Shown here piece after piece: positions 63,520 to 64,000 of a DNA stretch of 64,000 nt. A model generated the notes under the pieces. The model saw nothing but the letters and a program-made list of their open reading frames with translations, was not told the origin of the DNA and searched no databases. The translations under genes were made by a program, and so were the position numbers. Source of the DNA: Polyangiales bacterium (GTDB lineage: Bacteria; Myxococcota_A; Polyangia; Polyangiales; JADJQN01); NCBI GenBank assembly GCA_964202905.1, contig CAXNJO010000001.1:949584-1013583 (forward strand). Reading direction: 5' to 3'. Within the stretch, counting starts at the first letter, position 1, and each line of letters begins with the position of its first letter.

Positions 63520-63807
63520 GTAGGGCGAGTGCGCGACCCCGAGCAGCGCGTCGGTGCTGCTCCCGAGCGCCTTCGCGAGCCGCACCAGCGTCACGTGACT
63601 GGGAAACGTCACGCCCCGCCCATGGCGACTGAGGATCTCCGCGCCGACCCCGATCGTCTCGGCCCGCGCGAGGTCGCCGATCGCTTTGGCGATGCATGCG
63701 GAATCGACGCCGGGCTCTTCCAAACAGGCGTTGAGTGAGGCCGCCATGTCTTCGGACGTGTGCAGAGGATCGGCGACGTCGTCGCGCTTTCTCTGCGTCG
63801 TCGGCAT
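63520..63807 (-). pseudogene. Degenerate addiction-module antidote (HI1420-type) N-terminus joined to an XRE HTH C-terminal half
   Basis: DVADPLHTSEDMAASLNACLEEPGVDSACIAKAIGDLARA, then ETIGVGAEILSRHGRGVTFPSHVTLVRLAKALGSSTDALLG; the frame stays open to 63181 over a non-protein-like tail. Confidence 0.6.
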
Positions 63808-63814
63808 GTCGACC

Positions 63815-64000
63815 TCACACGTCGTGCCGCACCAGCCGTGCCGCGAATTCCAGACATGCGGCGATGTCTTCGCGCTCAAGATAGGGATATTCCGCGAGGA
63901 TGTCTTCGTGGCGCATGCCACTTGCCAACAGTTCGAGGACGTCTGCGAGGGGGATGCGCATGTCGCGAATCGTGGTGCGTCCGTGGCAGATTTCGGGATG
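63815..64000 (-). CDS. DUF433 domain protein (antitoxin-like), 5' end outside the window
   Basis: Translated by hand: HPEICHGRTTIRDMRIPLADVLELLASGMRHEDILAEYPYLEREDIAACLEFAARLVRHDV*. Confidence 0.85.
   Translation of the reverse strand, partial: HPEICHGRTTIRDMRIPLADVLELLASGMRHEDILAEYPYLEREDIAACLEFAARLVRHDV

Overview
Very GC-rich (roughly 70-75% by eye) bacterial chromosomal segment, almost certainly Myxococcota and probably Polyangiales/Sandaracinaceae-like. The basis is a MYXO-CTERM protein, three AgmX/PglI-type TonB-C proteins and typical myxobacterial lipoproteins. Housekeeping genes: ABC-F (Uup-like), radC, rpmH-rnpA-yidD-yidC-jag, rsmG, pcrA/uvrD, cysS, hisD, fbp, a PpiD-like chaperone, YqeY and an M16 peptidase. 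These are interspersed with envelope and secreted-protein genes. No rRNA, tRNA, CRISPR array or intact transposase was recognised. About eight small-indel frameshifts, including one in yidC, look like long-read sequencing errors. Most interesting: (1) two neighbouring paralogues that appear to fuse ExbB/TolQ-like, ExbD/TolR-like and TonB-C (AgmX/PglI) domains in one chain; (2) a signal-peptide + CxxC + C-terminal RPPR ORF, resembling a CruR/CutF-type leader or arrest peptide, upstream of a triple-DsbA protein; (3) a downstream operon of an AblB-like tandem GNAT, a CesT/YbjN-like chaperone and a PspA with a Vipp1-like tail; (4) a UPF0104 flippase-like/sulfatase-fold fusion; (5) a dispersed GACAGCC..GGCTGTC palindrome family; (6) decayed accessory fragments (TMEM43-like, Bor-like, DUF433 and antidote/XRE). 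All family assignments come from motif recognition by eye; no database search was run.
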